In this document: piece by piece, positions 46,888 through 56,767 of the stretch
How positions within the stretch are numbered: the first letter of the stretch is position 1
Layout: each line of letters opens with the position of its first letter
Source: Candidatus Omnitrophota bacterium
GTDB taxonomy: Bacteria; Omnitrophota; Gorgyraeia; Ghiorseimicrobiales; Ghiorseimicrobiaceae
Direction of reading: 5' to 3'
DNA length: 64,000 nucleotides
Assembly (NCBI GenBank): GCA_030681595.1
Contig: JAUXSB010000061.1
Span: 5,392 to 69,391, forward strand
Program-made: the position numbers and the translations under genes
The notes under the pieces: generated by a model
The model's input: only the letters and a program-made list of their open reading frames with translations
Told to the model about the DNA's origin: nothing
The model's database searches: none

Positions 46888-48012
46888 TCACTTCGCAAAA
46901 TTTTTCTTTAAGAAACCCTCTAATATTTTTGCACCGCGGTACAGATTATCAATCTTTACGTACTCATCGTTTGTGTGCGCGCATCCAGAGCTTCCGCAGC
47001 CAAAACTAATCGCGGGAATATCCCGCTCCTGAAAAAAAGTAATTACGGTTGCGCCCTCTGAACCTTTTACCTTTGGCTTAACCTTAACTTCTCCTGCCGC
47101 TTCAAGCAACGAATGTATAAGTAAATGATTTCTATCTATCAGGTACGGCTTCTGGATATCATTAAACTCTATTTTAAATTTTTTGGCGTATGTACGGATA
47201 ATTTTCTTAACCGCCGCTATAATTTTATTTTTATCCATTCCGGGCAGATACCTTAAATCTACTTCAAATTCACAATAATCCGCGACGATATTCACTTTTT
47301 CTCCGCCGCTAATTTTACCGATATTTACCGTCGGGTGCTTAAGCAACGGGTGTGCTTTATAGTTAAACCTGTGTTCCTTTAAAGCGCAAATAATGCGGCT
47401 GGAAAGCTCAATGGCATTTATGCCCCTCTCGGGGTATGCGCCGTGCGCGGCTTTACCGAACACCTTCACCTTAAAATGCATCAGGCCTTTTTGGGCGATA
47501 ACGATATTAAATTCATCGGAGTCTAAAACTAAAGCGTAATCAGCTTTGATAATTCCCTTTTCTAAAAGCGGTATAAGCCCGTATTTGCTGCCTGTTTCCT
47601 CATCGGCTGATGCCACAAAAAGGATATTATATTGCGGCTTGATTTTCTCTTCACAAATACTCCTTATTGCCTCAAGGGAAATAGCCAAATTACACTTGCA
47701 ATCTGTCGAGCCGCGGCCGTAAATCCTCCCCTTTTCAATTTTCGCGGCAAAGGGGTTATGTTTGGCGCCTTTTGCCGCCGGGACAGTATCTAAATGCGGG
47801 GAAACAAGCAATGTTTTATTTATCCTGCCTTCTAAGAAAGCCAGTACGTTAAGCCTTTTTTCTTTAAATTCATAAATCTTGGGTTTTAATCCGGACTTTT
47901 TTAAGTGGCTTTTTACAAACCCGGCGATCCTTGATTCATCGCCCGGAGGGTTCTCTGAATTTATGCGGATTAAATCCTGAGTAAGTTTAATTAATCTTTG
48001 TTTTGATATCAT
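46888..48012 (-). CDS. M20 family metallopeptidase (ArgE/DapE-like)
   Basis: …VSPHLDTV…GRGSTDCK…ADEETGS, the M20 metal-binding motifs. Confidence 0.7.
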   Translation of the reverse strand: MISKQRLIKLTQDLIRINSENPPGDESRIAGFVKSHLKKSGLKPKIYEFKEKRLNVLAFLEGRINKTLLVSPHLDTVPAAKGAKHNPFAAKIEKGRIYGRGSTDCKCNLAISLEAIRSICEEKIKPQYNILFVASADEETGSKYGLIPLLEKGIIKADYALVLDSDEFNIVIAQKGLMHFKVKVFGKAAHGAYPERGINAIELSSRIICALKEHRFNYKAHPLLKHPTVNIGKISGGEKVNIVADYCEFEVDLRYLPGMDKNKIIAAVKKIIRTYAKKFKIEFNDIQKPYLIDRNHLLIHSLLEAAGEVKVKPKVKGSEGATVITFFQERDIPAISFGCGSSGCAHTNDEYVKIDNLYRGAKILEGFLKKNFAK

Positions 48013-48029
48013 TTCTGGGGTAGCCTTAT

Positions 48030-48482
48030 TTATTTTTTCTGCAGTGCCTCCCTTACCAAGTTGCTCACCAATTTTCCGTCGGCAGCACTCCCTGCTTTAG
48101 CCATTACCTCTTTCATTACTTTCCCCATCTCGGCTATTGATAAGACAGTCCCCGGAGAGGCAATTACCTCGTTTATGATTACGCGTATTTGTTCTTCGGA
48201 TAGCTGCACTGGAAGGTATGACTCAAGGACTTCTTTTTCCTTTATTTCTTTCTCATATAAATCAAGGCGGCCACCCTGCTTAAACTGCTCAATTGAATCT
48301 TGCCGCTGTTTGACCTGCTTTTTGATTACCGCGATGACTTCTTCATCGGAAAGGATGTCCTTTCTTTTATCTATGGCTGCGTTCTTTAAGCTTGCGCGCA
48401 AAAAACTTAGAACCGATACCTTAAGCGCGTCCTTATCTTTCATTGCCTGCTTATAATCCCCTAAAATTTTTTCTTCTAACAT
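48030..48482 (-). CDS. GatB/YqeY domain protein
   Basis: 150 aa: MLEEKILGDYKQAMKDKDALKVSVLSFLRASLKNAAIDKRK, the YqeY signature. Confidence 0.7.
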   Translation of the reverse strand: MLEEKILGDYKQAMKDKDALKVSVLSFLRASLKNAAIDKRKDILSDEEVIAVIKKQVKQRQDSIEQFKQGGRLDLYEKEIKEKEVLESYLPVQLSEEQIRVIINEVIASPGTVLSIAEMGKVMKEVMAKAGSAADGKLVSNLVREALQKK

Positions 48483-48501
48483 ATACGGCTCCTTTATTTA
48501 A

Positions 48502-49332
48502 TCACCTTTTGCTTTTATATAATCCATAGTTTACCAGAATGCTCAAATCTTGCCATAGTTTTCTGGAGGAAAGCACGGCAAAGATTATTTTTCTTCTTCC
48601 GCCTGAAAATGCCGCGCCGGTAAAACAATGCCTTGATTTCATGGTATAGCCGGTCTTTCCGATTACAGCTTTGGGTTTCTTCCAGAGCATTTTATTATGG
48701 TTTCTTAAACGTATTTTCTTTCCGTTTGCCCCGGTTATAACCTTTTCTTTGGTGTTCATCAACTCAACGATTTTCGGCTCACTCAAGGCATGGCGCATCA
48801 TTTGTGCCAGATCAAAAACCGTAGAATACTGCTTTATTTTTTTAGAAGGAAGCCCTGTAGCATTGACAAAACAGGTATTTTTCATTCCGCTTTTTTCTGC
48901 CTTCTCATTCATTAATTTTACGAATTCGCTTTCTGAACCGGCAACCTCTTCGGCAAGAGCAATAGAAGCATCATTAGAGGAAGCCATAAGGCAAGCGGCT
49001 AACAAATCCCCGGCGCGATACTGCACACCCCGCTTAAGCCCTGCCTTACTCGGTTCAACATCCGCCGCTTTTTTAGAAACGGTAATCATTTTATCGAGGT
49101 TAATTTTTTCCAGGACAAGCAAGGCGGTCATTACCTTCGCGGTCGATGCCGGCGGTATACGCAGGTTGGTATTTTTTGCGTATAAAATCTTTTTCGTGCG
49201 GGCATCAATGATAATAGCTGATTTAGCACTTATGTAGATGCTTCCTGAACCCTTGGATACCGCATTGCTGGCTGCAGCTATCAATAACAATGCCGATATA
49301 GCAGCCATTTTCAAGTAGGTAAATTTCCGCAT
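48502..49332 (-). CDS. D-alanyl-D-alanine carboxypeptidase (S11 family, PBP5-like)
   Basis: Signal peptide; SxxK (PASTAKVM), SxN (ASSNDA) and KTG (GKTGYT) motifs. Confidence 0.7.
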   Translation of the reverse strand: MRKFTYLKMAAISALLLIAAASNAVSKGSGSIYISAKSAIIIDARTKKILYAKNTNLRIPPASTAKVMTALLVLEKINLDKMITVSKKAADVEPSKAGLKRGVQYRAGDLLAACLMASSNDASIALAEEVAGSESEFVKLMNEKAEKSGMKNTCFVNATGLPSKKIKQYSTVFDLAQMMRHALSEPKIVELMNTKEKVITGANGKKIRLRNHNKMLWKKPKAVIGKTGYTMKSRHCFTGAAFSGGRRKIIFAVLSSRKLWQDLSILVNYGLYKSKR

Positions 49333-49368
49333 AGATTTTTAAATTTCGGAAGGGTATTTCTAGAAATA

Positions 49369-49743
49369 CTAATCCAAGATGGGATCTGTGTCAAATCTTG
49401 CCTTAAAGGCTTCTTCAAAATCATAGACGCCCTTAAAGTCTTCTTTGGAATCTTTTTCTGTTTTATAAAGCAGGTTCTCGGAAATCATATTAAACACTAT
49501 TTCTCCGAAGTCTTCCGTTGATTTTACTCCCCAGTGCTCAAACACCGTTTTACTCAAGCCTCCGAATTGCTCCAGCGCGTATTCCTTTATCCCTAGGAGC
49601 AATTCCTGCCCTGTGATGTGGCCTTTATTTTTACTTTTCTTTTGGACATAAGAAAGCGCTTCCAGCACGAATTCATAAGCGTCTATCTTATAGCGCCTGT
49701 CTTTCTTAACTAGCCTATCCATCCTTATAATAAAGTCATCCAT
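49369..49743 (-). CDS. Hypothetical protein
   Basis: 124 aa, acidic, no recognised motif. Recalled from memory only: it vaguely resembles a small family found in the PVC-group bacteria. Confidence 0.3.
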   Translation of the reverse strand: MDDFIIRMDRLVKKDRRYKIDAYEFVLEALSYVQKKSKNKGHITGQELLLGIKEYALEQFGGLSKTVFEHWGVKSTEDFGEIVFNMISENLLYKTEKDSKEDFKGVYDFEEAFKARFDTDPILD

Positions 49744-49745
49744 AA

Positions 49746-49958
49746 TTAAATTTCAGCATCCTTTACCAGCTTGCGGTAATAGGTAATGCAGCCATCACAG
49801 GTATCCGACTCATTCTGCCAACGCGGATGGTCTTTTTTAATAAGTCCGATTAAATATTCTTCAGCTTTGATATGCATAAGCGCGGCCTTCGTATCAATAT
49901 TCCTCCCGCAAATTTGGCATTTATATAATTTATTTTTCTTTTCTTTTTTCTTTATCAT
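49746..49958 (-). CDS. Small zinc-ribbon protein
   Basis: CQICGRN…CDGC, two CxxC pairs; 70 aa. Confidence 0.35.
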   Translation of the reverse strand: MIKKKEKKNKLYKCQICGRNIDTKAALMHIKAEEYLIGLIKKDHPRWQNESDTCDGCITYYRKLVKDAEI

Positions 49959-49971
49959 TTATGCTCCTTGG

Positions 49972-50691
49972 CTATTCCGCTGCGCTCTCTAAAGACAGGT
50001 TGCGCTCTACAAATTGCACTACCTGCTCCTGTAATTTTGGACTGATATTATAAAACTCGATTCCCATGCCGGGATATAGTTGAGGCATAAGCTCTTTCTG
50101 GGCAAGCCAGATTACCTTCCCTTCTAACGTAATGTACCCTGGTTTAGGCATAAGCTTTATCTGCAATGTCAGGATATCCCCTAAGGCATAAATTTTTTTG
50201 CAGAGAATATAAGCGCCTATCGCGCTGAGATTATAAACTTTGCCTTCATGAAAAGCGTCTTGAGAATGCCTTAATTTAAACTGTAGCGGAATAAATATAG
50301 GCAGGCGCTTAAAACGGCGGCGCAGTTGCTTCTTTTTTATCCGTTCGATAACTTTGTCTTCCTTGAAACTATGCAGCGCCAATTCTTCGCTTTCATAAAT
50401 CTCAAAAACTTTATCCAGGCAAACTGCCGAAAATATATTCTTTACATGTAAAGGCACATTTATAAACTTCATCCTTCCCTGATGGTTACTCGCGTTTTTA
50501 TAGGCAATAGCCAAAACCGAAAGCCCGGAGTAATCCACAAGATTAACATTGGTAAAATCGCACATTATATCGGTTATTCCGTTTTCCAGGTAATACCCCA
50601 CGGCTTCAATAAAATTTGAAGCGTCAATGTTTATATCGCCGCTTAAGTATAAAATTATTATATTATCTTTCTGGCGCGGTACAATATCCAT
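49972..50691 (-). CDS. STAS (anti-sigma-factor-antagonist-like) domain fused to a C-terminal PilZ domain
   Basis: The N-terminal STAS-like fold is IIILYLSGDINIDASNF…DYSGLSVL. The C-terminal PilZ motifs are RRRFKR (RxxxR) and NLSAIGA (D/NxSxxG). Confidence 0.55.
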   Translation of the reverse strand: MDIVPRQKDNIIILYLSGDINIDASNFIEAVGYYLENGITDIMCDFTNVNLVDYSGLSVLAIAYKNASNHQGRMKFINVPLHVKNIFSAVCLDKVFEIYESEELALHSFKEDKVIERIKKKQLRRRFKRLPIFIPLQFKLRHSQDAFHEGKVYNLSAIGAYILCKKIYALGDILTLQIKLMPKPGYITLEGKVIWLAQKELMPQLYPGMGIEFYNISPKLQEQVVQFVERNLSLESAAE

Positions 50692-50716
50692 AGTTCTTTT
50701 TTACTTCACCTTATAT

Positions 50717-51370
50717 CTAAGATATCTTCGCAATAAAAGCACGGTAATTTTCTTTAACATCCCCCTTAAAAATACCGCTGCCTACACAGGCAAGTTCTAC
50801 GCCCGCATCTTTTATATCCAAGATGTTATCTATCTTTACGCCGCCGTCTAAAGCGATGATGAAATTATGTTTGGCACTCGAAAGCTCTCTTGCTTTATCC
50901 AGGACTTCAGTCTTAAACGGGCTGCCGTAATAACCCGGGTTAACCGAAAGTAAAAGGAGTACGTCGATCTGATTAAATAAATGCTTTATCTGGCTTAGCC
51001 CTGTTTCAGGGTTAACGGCCAAACCCGCCTGCATTCCTTTCGACCGGATTTGGCGGATTATTTTTTCAGGAGCAATACTCTTTGTTTCATAGTGGAAAAT
51101 CACCCTTTTTACTTTGGATTTTTCTGCCGCCTCCAAATAACTTAGGGGGTCTTCCACCATCAAATGAAACTCGAGGCCGATACTGGCGTCAATAGAAGAC
51201 AATGCCTCCACTCCCACACTTTTGGAAGGGACAAACCTGCCGTCCATAACATCAATCTGGGCAAAATCACAGATGCTCTCTGACTGTTTTATTTTATTCT
51301 GAAAATCTTCGTTATTATCGGTTAATATTGCCGGGATAATTTTCATCCCGCCCTTCCTTTCATTCTCCAT
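50717..51370 (-). CDS. rpe: Ribulose-phosphate 3-epimerase
   Basis: IIPAILTDN…HLMVEDP…DGGV, the canonical Rpe. Confidence 0.85.
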   Translation of the reverse strand: MENERKGGMKIIPAILTDNNEDFQNKIKQSESICDFAQIDVMDGRFVPSKSVGVEALSSIDASIGLEFHLMVEDPLSYLEAAEKSKVKRVIFHYETKSIAPEKIIRQIRSKGMQAGLAVNPETGLSQIKHLFNQIDVLLLLSVNPGYYGSPFKTEVLDKARELSSAKHNFIIALDGGVKIDNILDIKDAGVELACVGSGIFKGDVKENYRAFIAKIS

Positions 51371-51412
51371 ACCCGCCCGCTTCCTAAAAATCTACTTCCG
51401 GAATGGCTGGGT

Positions 51413-52048
51413 TTACCCAATAGGGCAAAGCTTACACCTCTGATTACTCTTTAAGCAAAACTCTTTACCTAATTTAACAATCAAAGCATGAAATTCATTA
51501 AACATTTTAACATCTTTATTTAGATTTTCCATAAAAAATTTTTGTACTTCGCTGTAATCAGCATCGTGCCGGATAAAATTATGCCGGGAAAATATCCGCT
51601 TGGTATAGGCGTCTACAACGAATATAGGTAGATTTGCCGCATAAAGGATTATGGAGTCAGCGGTTTCTTCGCCTATTCCATTTACGCTTAACAGCTCTTT
51701 ACGTAAACTTTCAATGCCTTGATTAAATAATTTCTTTAGGCTGCCGCCGTATTTATTAAAGAGAAAATTAGTAAAATTTTTAAGCCGCCGCGCCTTGACA
51801 TTAAAATATCCCGCCGGCCGGATTAACTGGGCAAGTTTATCGTGGCTCATTTCGTGCAATTTTTTCGGGCTTAAAGCGCGCGCGGCTTTTAGGTTATTAA
51901 TCGCCTTTTCTACGTTCTGCCAGTTGGTATTTTGCGTAAGAATCGCCCCTGCCGTTACCTCAAACGGCCCATCCCCCGGCCACCAGTATTGCGGGCCGAA
52001 AGAAGTGTAAAGTTTTTTATAAATTGAATTTAATTTCTTAGTCCCCAT
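51413..52048 (-). CDS. HhH-GPD (endonuclease III-like) base-excision DNA glycosylase domain protein
   Basis: LLSVNGIGEETADSIILYA helix-hairpin-helix, GPD-like loop, and a C-terminal Cys cluster CLKSNQRCKLC. Confidence 0.6.
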   Translation of the reverse strand: MGTKKLNSIYKKLYTSFGPQYWWPGDGPFEVTAGAILTQNTNWQNVEKAINNLKAARALSPKKLHEMSHDKLAQLIRPAGYFNVKARRLKNFTNFLFNKYGGSLKKLFNQGIESLRKELLSVNGIGEETADSIILYAANLPIFVVDAYTKRIFSRHNFIRHDADYSEVQKFFMENLNKDVKMFNEFHALIVKLGKEFCLKSNQRCKLCPIG

Positions 52049-52053
52049 AGGCG

Positions 52054-53547
52054 TTAACCACGGATGAGCCTACGCCAGCGCGCGAACCTTATAAGCGCAA
52101 GCCTATCCTGGCTGCGTATACTTTCAAAACTTAATCCTAACATATAACTGCCTTCTGCCTCGGGCAAACTTTTTATCCAGATAAGTTGCGCTTGAGCGGA
52201 AACCGGCTGTTTACTTCTCGGTAAATGAATCCTTAGGAATACCTTTATCTTACCTATGCCTAATCCGCTTATATCCTGCTTTAAAAAATTAACCCTTAAA
52301 GCTACCCCGCCGTATGAAATATCCTGCGTAAATCCCTGCTGCCAAGGAAAGATAATTTCAGCGCCTAATGCGCTTATTCTATTTATCTGGAGCTCAACCG
52401 GAAGGACTGTATCCATGCGCGCGTACTTCCTTCTTTCTTCTCCTTTATAAAACCTTTCCGCCTGCCGGATACGTTTTTCTATCGGCGGATGAGCATATAA
52501 TAAAAATTCTATTATTCTATTCGGGGAAAAATCGGCTAAATTCTTCTCGCCAAGCTTTTTCATCATTGAGATGAAACTTAAAGGGTCGTTAGTTAATTCC
52601 AAAGCAAAGAGGTCGGCGAAACTCTCCCTTCTGCGGCTATAGCCATTTTGAAAAGGCAGGATAAATAAACTAACGATAGAAAGGCCAAACGCCAAGAGCG
52701 GGAAGGCGGCAATATCATAAATCTCTTTAAAGCCAAAACGCGCTAAGGCTGCCCTTAAAAATACGTCGCAGGCAAAGAAAGAAAAAAATGAAAATATGCT
52801 TCCGGCAATTAAGAGCCTTAACGTATCCTTATATACTTCATGGCCTAATTCGTGCGCAACCACTGAACAAACCTGCTCTGTATCAAATTCGTTTACCAGG
52901 TTATCCGCCAGGAGAATCCTGCGGTTTTTGCCTAAACCGCAGACCATTGCGTTAGATTTCTTGGTTTTCTTAGAAAAATCAATAATGAAAATATTTTTTA
53001 TTTTAGAGCCGGATTTATCTACCAGAGAACGAATCCCGGCTTTAAGATTTTCATCTTGGACCGGTGAAGATTTAAAAAAAAGCGGGATAAGTAAAATCGG
53101 GGTAAGTTTTGCAAAAACTACGCTTAAAAATATCCAGAAAAGCGCGGCATATATCCACCAATTATCCTGCGTTTTTCTTAAAAATAAATACAGTACTTCG
53201 GCGGTAACCAAAAATACCAGCAATTCAATTAACTGTTTTTTAAATGTATCTTTTAACCAGGCAGGAAATTTTTGGCTCGACAGGTTAAACTTATGTTCCA
53301 AGATAAAACCTTCATAAAAGCACAAAGGAAAACTCAATAAAAAAGAGGCGCCGTCAAGGATAAAAACATAAATTGCCACCAGCCAGAAACTATTCCGGGT
53401 AAGCAAGATTATCTTTTCTTTCGCATAAACGGACAGGCCGAAGGACAAAAGAAACAATAGCCCTGCCAAAGATAAAACAATATGCGCTAAAAACAGCCAA
53501 TTTTTAATAAGGTGGTATTTTTTTGCGCGGGCTTTGATTTCCTGCAT
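52054..53547 (-). CDS. M48 (HtpX-like) zinc metalloprotease with a C-terminal PilZ domain
   Basis: Multiple TM helices; HELGHE zinc motif; C-terminal RRKYARMD (RxxxR) plus DISYGGVAL (DxSxGG), the PilZ motifs. Confidence 0.6.
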   Translation of the reverse strand: MQEIKARAKKYHLIKNWLFLAHIVLSLAGLLFLLSFGLSVYAKEKIILLTRNSFWLVAIYVFILDGASFLLSFPLCFYEGFILEHKFNLSSQKFPAWLKDTFKKQLIELLVFLVTAEVLYLFLRKTQDNWWIYAALFWIFLSVVFAKLTPILLIPLFFKSSPVQDENLKAGIRSLVDKSGSKIKNIFIIDFSKKTKKSNAMVCGLGKNRRILLADNLVNEFDTEQVCSVVAHELGHEVYKDTLRLLIAGSIFSFFSFFACDVFLRAALARFGFKEIYDIAAFPLLAFGLSIVSLFILPFQNGYSRRRESFADLFALELTNDPLSFISMMKKLGEKNLADFSPNRIIEFLLYAHPPIEKRIRQAERFYKGEERRKYARMDTVLPVELQINRISALGAEIIFPWQQGFTQDISYGGVALRVNFLKQDISGLGIGKIKVFLRIHLPRSKQPVSAQAQLIWIKSLPEAEGSYMLGLSFESIRSQDRLALIRFARWRRLIRG

Positions 53548-53553
53548 ATTACC

Positions 53554-55896
53554 CTATCTTGCTTCCTCTAAAATTATCGCCTGATTTAGGCTGCGCGCTA
53601 AACCTTCCAGAAAAATTTTAAATTGCTTATATTCGGAAACGAGAATATATTTCTTTTTAAACGCCTGCCGGCTTTTATATTCTAGCGTGCTGCCTTTCAA
53701 AACGTACTTGGAAGAAAAACTTAGCCATTCATTATCAATATCTACGGAATCCGGGAGGTATTTAAAACGTAAACTCTGCGGTATATTTATTTTTAAGTCC
53801 GCCTCTGTCTGGCTCAGGCTGCCGAAATACAACGGATAATTACGCTCATCTTTTACAACGCTAGAGACACCAACGCCCCCGGAAAGTTCCGATAGAATCC
53901 GCGCTCTTCCTGCCTTAATCAAGAAATCATCGCCGCTGAATTTATAATTAAAAATTACCTTTTTATTCAAGTCGCGCGCGTTTTCAATTTTGTAGTCAAG
54001 CAGGCGGCCGTTGGGAGAAAATTCCTGCACTTTATTCTTAATCCCCTCTTCAATTAAGGAGGGCGGCGTATAAATCAGCCAATACCTCTGCGCCTGTTCA
54101 TAGGCGCCGGAAGCAAAGACAGAGCGAGCCGCTTCTATTGATTCATCTTTGTTTATTTTAATCTGGGTTTGGGTTTCTATAGAATTACGCGTTACGCCAA
54201 AATCAGGCGTCGTCATAATCTTAAAAGTATTTTCAAAAAATACCAAAACCTTCCTTGCCTGATCGCCCGAAGGCAAATCACCGAAAGAAACCGTCTCGGC
54301 TGTAGGGTCAAGGAAAATATAATCGCCGCCTAATTCCAGGACACAAATCGCGTGGTTAAAGACGGACATGGGAAATTCTTCCTGAAGGGCAATTGTCCCT
54401 TCGGTGCCGATTAAAACCGGATATGCCGCAAGCCCTGCCTCTTTCAACATCGTAATCAAAAGTATAGCCTGATCTTTACAGTCGCCATATTTATTTAAGA
54501 ATATCTCCGCTGCTCGATGCGGCTCGTATCCGGCATCGCCGTATTCTACCGCCACATACCTTATCTCCTGCGCGCAGAAGTGATAAATTGCCTGCGCCTT
54601 ATCTTTATCCGAAGTTAATCCTTTGGTTAATTCTTGCACTTTTTTCTTGATGCTTTCGTCGGCGGTAATTTTATCTTTGTACAATTTATCCCACCAGTTA
54701 AATATCTCATCCCACGAAGAAAAGCTGGACATTAAAAGGATTGTGTCTATTTCCGCCCTTGGCGGCATATTCGGCTCAGGAATAATCTGAGGGATATTTT
54801 TCAGTTCTAAAAGATACATGGTTTTATCTTTTTCTTCTGTGATCTTTGGCGTAAGATTAGCCGCAATTTTATTATATTCGCTGTTTAAAATTTTTGTATT
54901 AACTTTCCTGCCTTTCGGGACAATCAACTTAAAAGCAGAATAAAGTACCGGCTCGGATTCCTGCAAAAAATAGGGAAGCGAAAAATGCTTATCCGCCATT
55001 AATTTACTATTGTAGGTACGCGCCTTATATTCGATTAAGGCGCCGGGGGTAACCTCAGGCATCGAGATAATCTTAGCGCGGGCATTACTGTAAAGCGGGA
55101 AATTCAAATACACGGAAACATCCCGGATATTCTTATCACCTACCGATACCGCTGTCCCGTCCGGCTTAATAGTCCGGGCGAATTCCAGCTCTACTTTTTC
55201 ATAAGTGGAGTCATAGCCTAAAACCACTTCCGAAAAATCCTCCTTTCCTCGGTCATTTAAAATTTTAACCAAGATATGCGCGCTGGATACAGAAGTATTA
55301 TCCGGCAATATCTCCAGTTCTTCTTTTACGGATAATATTAATGCTCCGGCCTCAGGATAGTCTTCTTGCGCCGGAGAATTTATAAGCAGCGGCAAAATAT
55401 CCGCGCTAACTTCTTTGCCTATCAAATGTGAAAGCGCCGCAAGGCGCTCATCGGCTTTTGCCCTATATTCTTTATTGCTGGGGCTAATTTTTTGATAAAT
55501 CTTCTCCGCTTCATCATAGAGGTTACTTTTTTCACAAGTCAGGCCGTAATAATAAAGATACTCCCCGTCATTTAATTTACCTAATTTATTAAATACTGCT
55601 AATGCTTCAGTAAATTTATTCAAATGATACAAAGCTAATGCAGAAATTTTCTGCGCGCCGGCATTATCTAAACCGGAAAAGGCATCTATTGTTTTATCAA
55701 ACCTGCCTAAATCAAAATATAAGTTTCCCAACTTAAGTTTAGCCGCATCCGTATTCTCTTTTTTATATTTCTCTATAGCTAACCCGTAAAAACCTCTACC
55801 CAATTTTACATAATAATCTGCGGGTGTAGCAATAAAAACAGCCGCGCATGAAATTAAAAGAACAGATAATCCGAAAATTAATTTTTTGCTTTTCAT
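53554..55896 (-). CDS. TPR repeat plus DUF3857-like plus transglutaminase-like cysteine protease domain protein
   Basis: Signal peptide; N-terminal TPR-like repeats; the transglutaminase core YGDCKDQAILLITMLKEAG. Confidence 0.55.
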   Translation of the reverse strand: MKSKKLIFGLSVLLISCAAVFIATPADYYVKLGRGFYGLAIEKYKKENTDAAKLKLGNLYFDLGRFDKTIDAFSGLDNAGAQKISALALYHLNKFTEALAVFNKLGKLNDGEYLYYYGLTCEKSNLYDEAEKIYQKISPSNKEYRAKADERLAALSHLIGKEVSADILPLLINSPAQEDYPEAGALILSVKEELEILPDNTSVSSAHILVKILNDRGKEDFSEVVLGYDSTYEKVELEFARTIKPDGTAVSVGDKNIRDVSVYLNFPLYSNARAKIISMPEVTPGALIEYKARTYNSKLMADKHFSLPYFLQESEPVLYSAFKLIVPKGRKVNTKILNSEYNKIAANLTPKITEEKDKTMYLLELKNIPQIIPEPNMPPRAEIDTILLMSSFSSWDEIFNWWDKLYKDKITADESIKKKVQELTKGLTSDKDKAQAIYHFCAQEIRYVAVEYGDAGYEPHRAAEIFLNKYGDCKDQAILLITMLKEAGLAAYPVLIGTEGTIALQEEFPMSVFNHAICVLELGGDYIFLDPTAETVSFGDLPSGDQARKVLVFFENTFKIMTTPDFGVTRNSIETQTQIKINKDESIEAARSVFASGAYEQAQRYWLIYTPPSLIEEGIKNKVQEFSPNGRLLDYKIENARDLNKKVIFNYKFSGDDFLIKAGRARILSELSGGVGVSSVVKDERNYPLYFGSLSQTEADLKINIPQSLRFKYLPDSVDIDNEWLSFSSKYVLKGSTLEYKSRQAFKKKYILVSEYKQFKIFLEGLARSLNQAIILEEAR

Positions 55897-55903
55897 ATAT
55901 TTT

Positions 55904-56722
55904 TTATCCTTTCAACTCTTGGTATTTTTTAAGGAACCCCTCCGTTAGGCCGCCGGTTTTTCCTTGGCTGATTTTCTTGTTATCCACTAAAGTAAGCGGC
56001 ATAATTCCGCTTAATGAATTAGTCAAAAAAGCCTCATCCGCATCAAATAATTCTCCGGGAGCAATTTCTTTTTCATACGCCCTTATCTTTTCTTTCCTGG
56101 CGATATCCAAAACCATAACCCGGGTTAAGCCTAAGAGGCAGCCGGATTCTTTATGCGAGGTAAAGATAACGTTATCCTTCACGATAAATATGTTCGCGCG
56201 GCTTGCTTCAGAAATCATGCCTTTCGTATTCAGAAGGATTGCCTCATCGGCATTTTTATCCCTTGCCTCAAGCTCTGCCAGTAAAAAATGCAGGCGGGCT
56301 GAAACTTTAAGATTAGAAAGAAAAGAGGTTTCATTCTGGCGCATATTGCTGATGATTGCCGAAAAGCCTGAAATATATTTTTCTTTGGAATTGTATAATT
56401 CGTGCCGGCGGGCAATCACGGATATATGGACCTTAACAACCCCCTGCCAAACAGTTAAGCGTAGGTAAGTACTGGGATAATTATTAAAACTAAGCGCCTC
56501 GCTTATTATATCTTTTAGTTTTTCCTTTGAATAGGTTAAATTAAGCCTTATTAGAGGCGCGGATTTAATGAGGCGCTCTAAATGCGCCTCTAAACCGAAT
56601 ATCTTGTTATTGTCCGCGCGCATAGTCTCAAATAAGCCCTGAGAGTAGATAAACCCCGGCTCATAGATAGGCGTAAGCGCCTCTTTCTCATTCACAAATT
56701 TACCGTCTAAAAATACTTTCAC
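55904..56722 (-). CDS. pabC: Class IV aminotransferase (aminodeoxychorismate lyase-like)
   Basis: Fold-type IV PLP enzyme pattern, adjacent to pabB; 272 aa. Confidence 0.6.
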   Translation of the reverse strand: MKVFLDGKFVNEKEALTPIYEPGFIYSQGLFETMRADNNKIFGLEAHLERLIKSAPLIRLNLTYSKEKLKDIISEALSFNNYPSTYLRLTVWQGVVKVHISVIARRHELYNSKEKYISGFSAIISNMRQNETSFLSNLKVSARLHFLLAELEARDKNADEAILLNTKGMISEASRANIFIVKDNVIFTSHKESGCLLGLTRVMVLDIARKEKIRAYEKEIAPGELFDADEAFLTNSLSGIMPLTLVDNKKISQGKTGGLTEGFLKKYQELKG

Positions 56723-56767
56723 ACCGCCGTTCCTTACAAATTATCGCCCCCTCCTCCTAACATAGAC

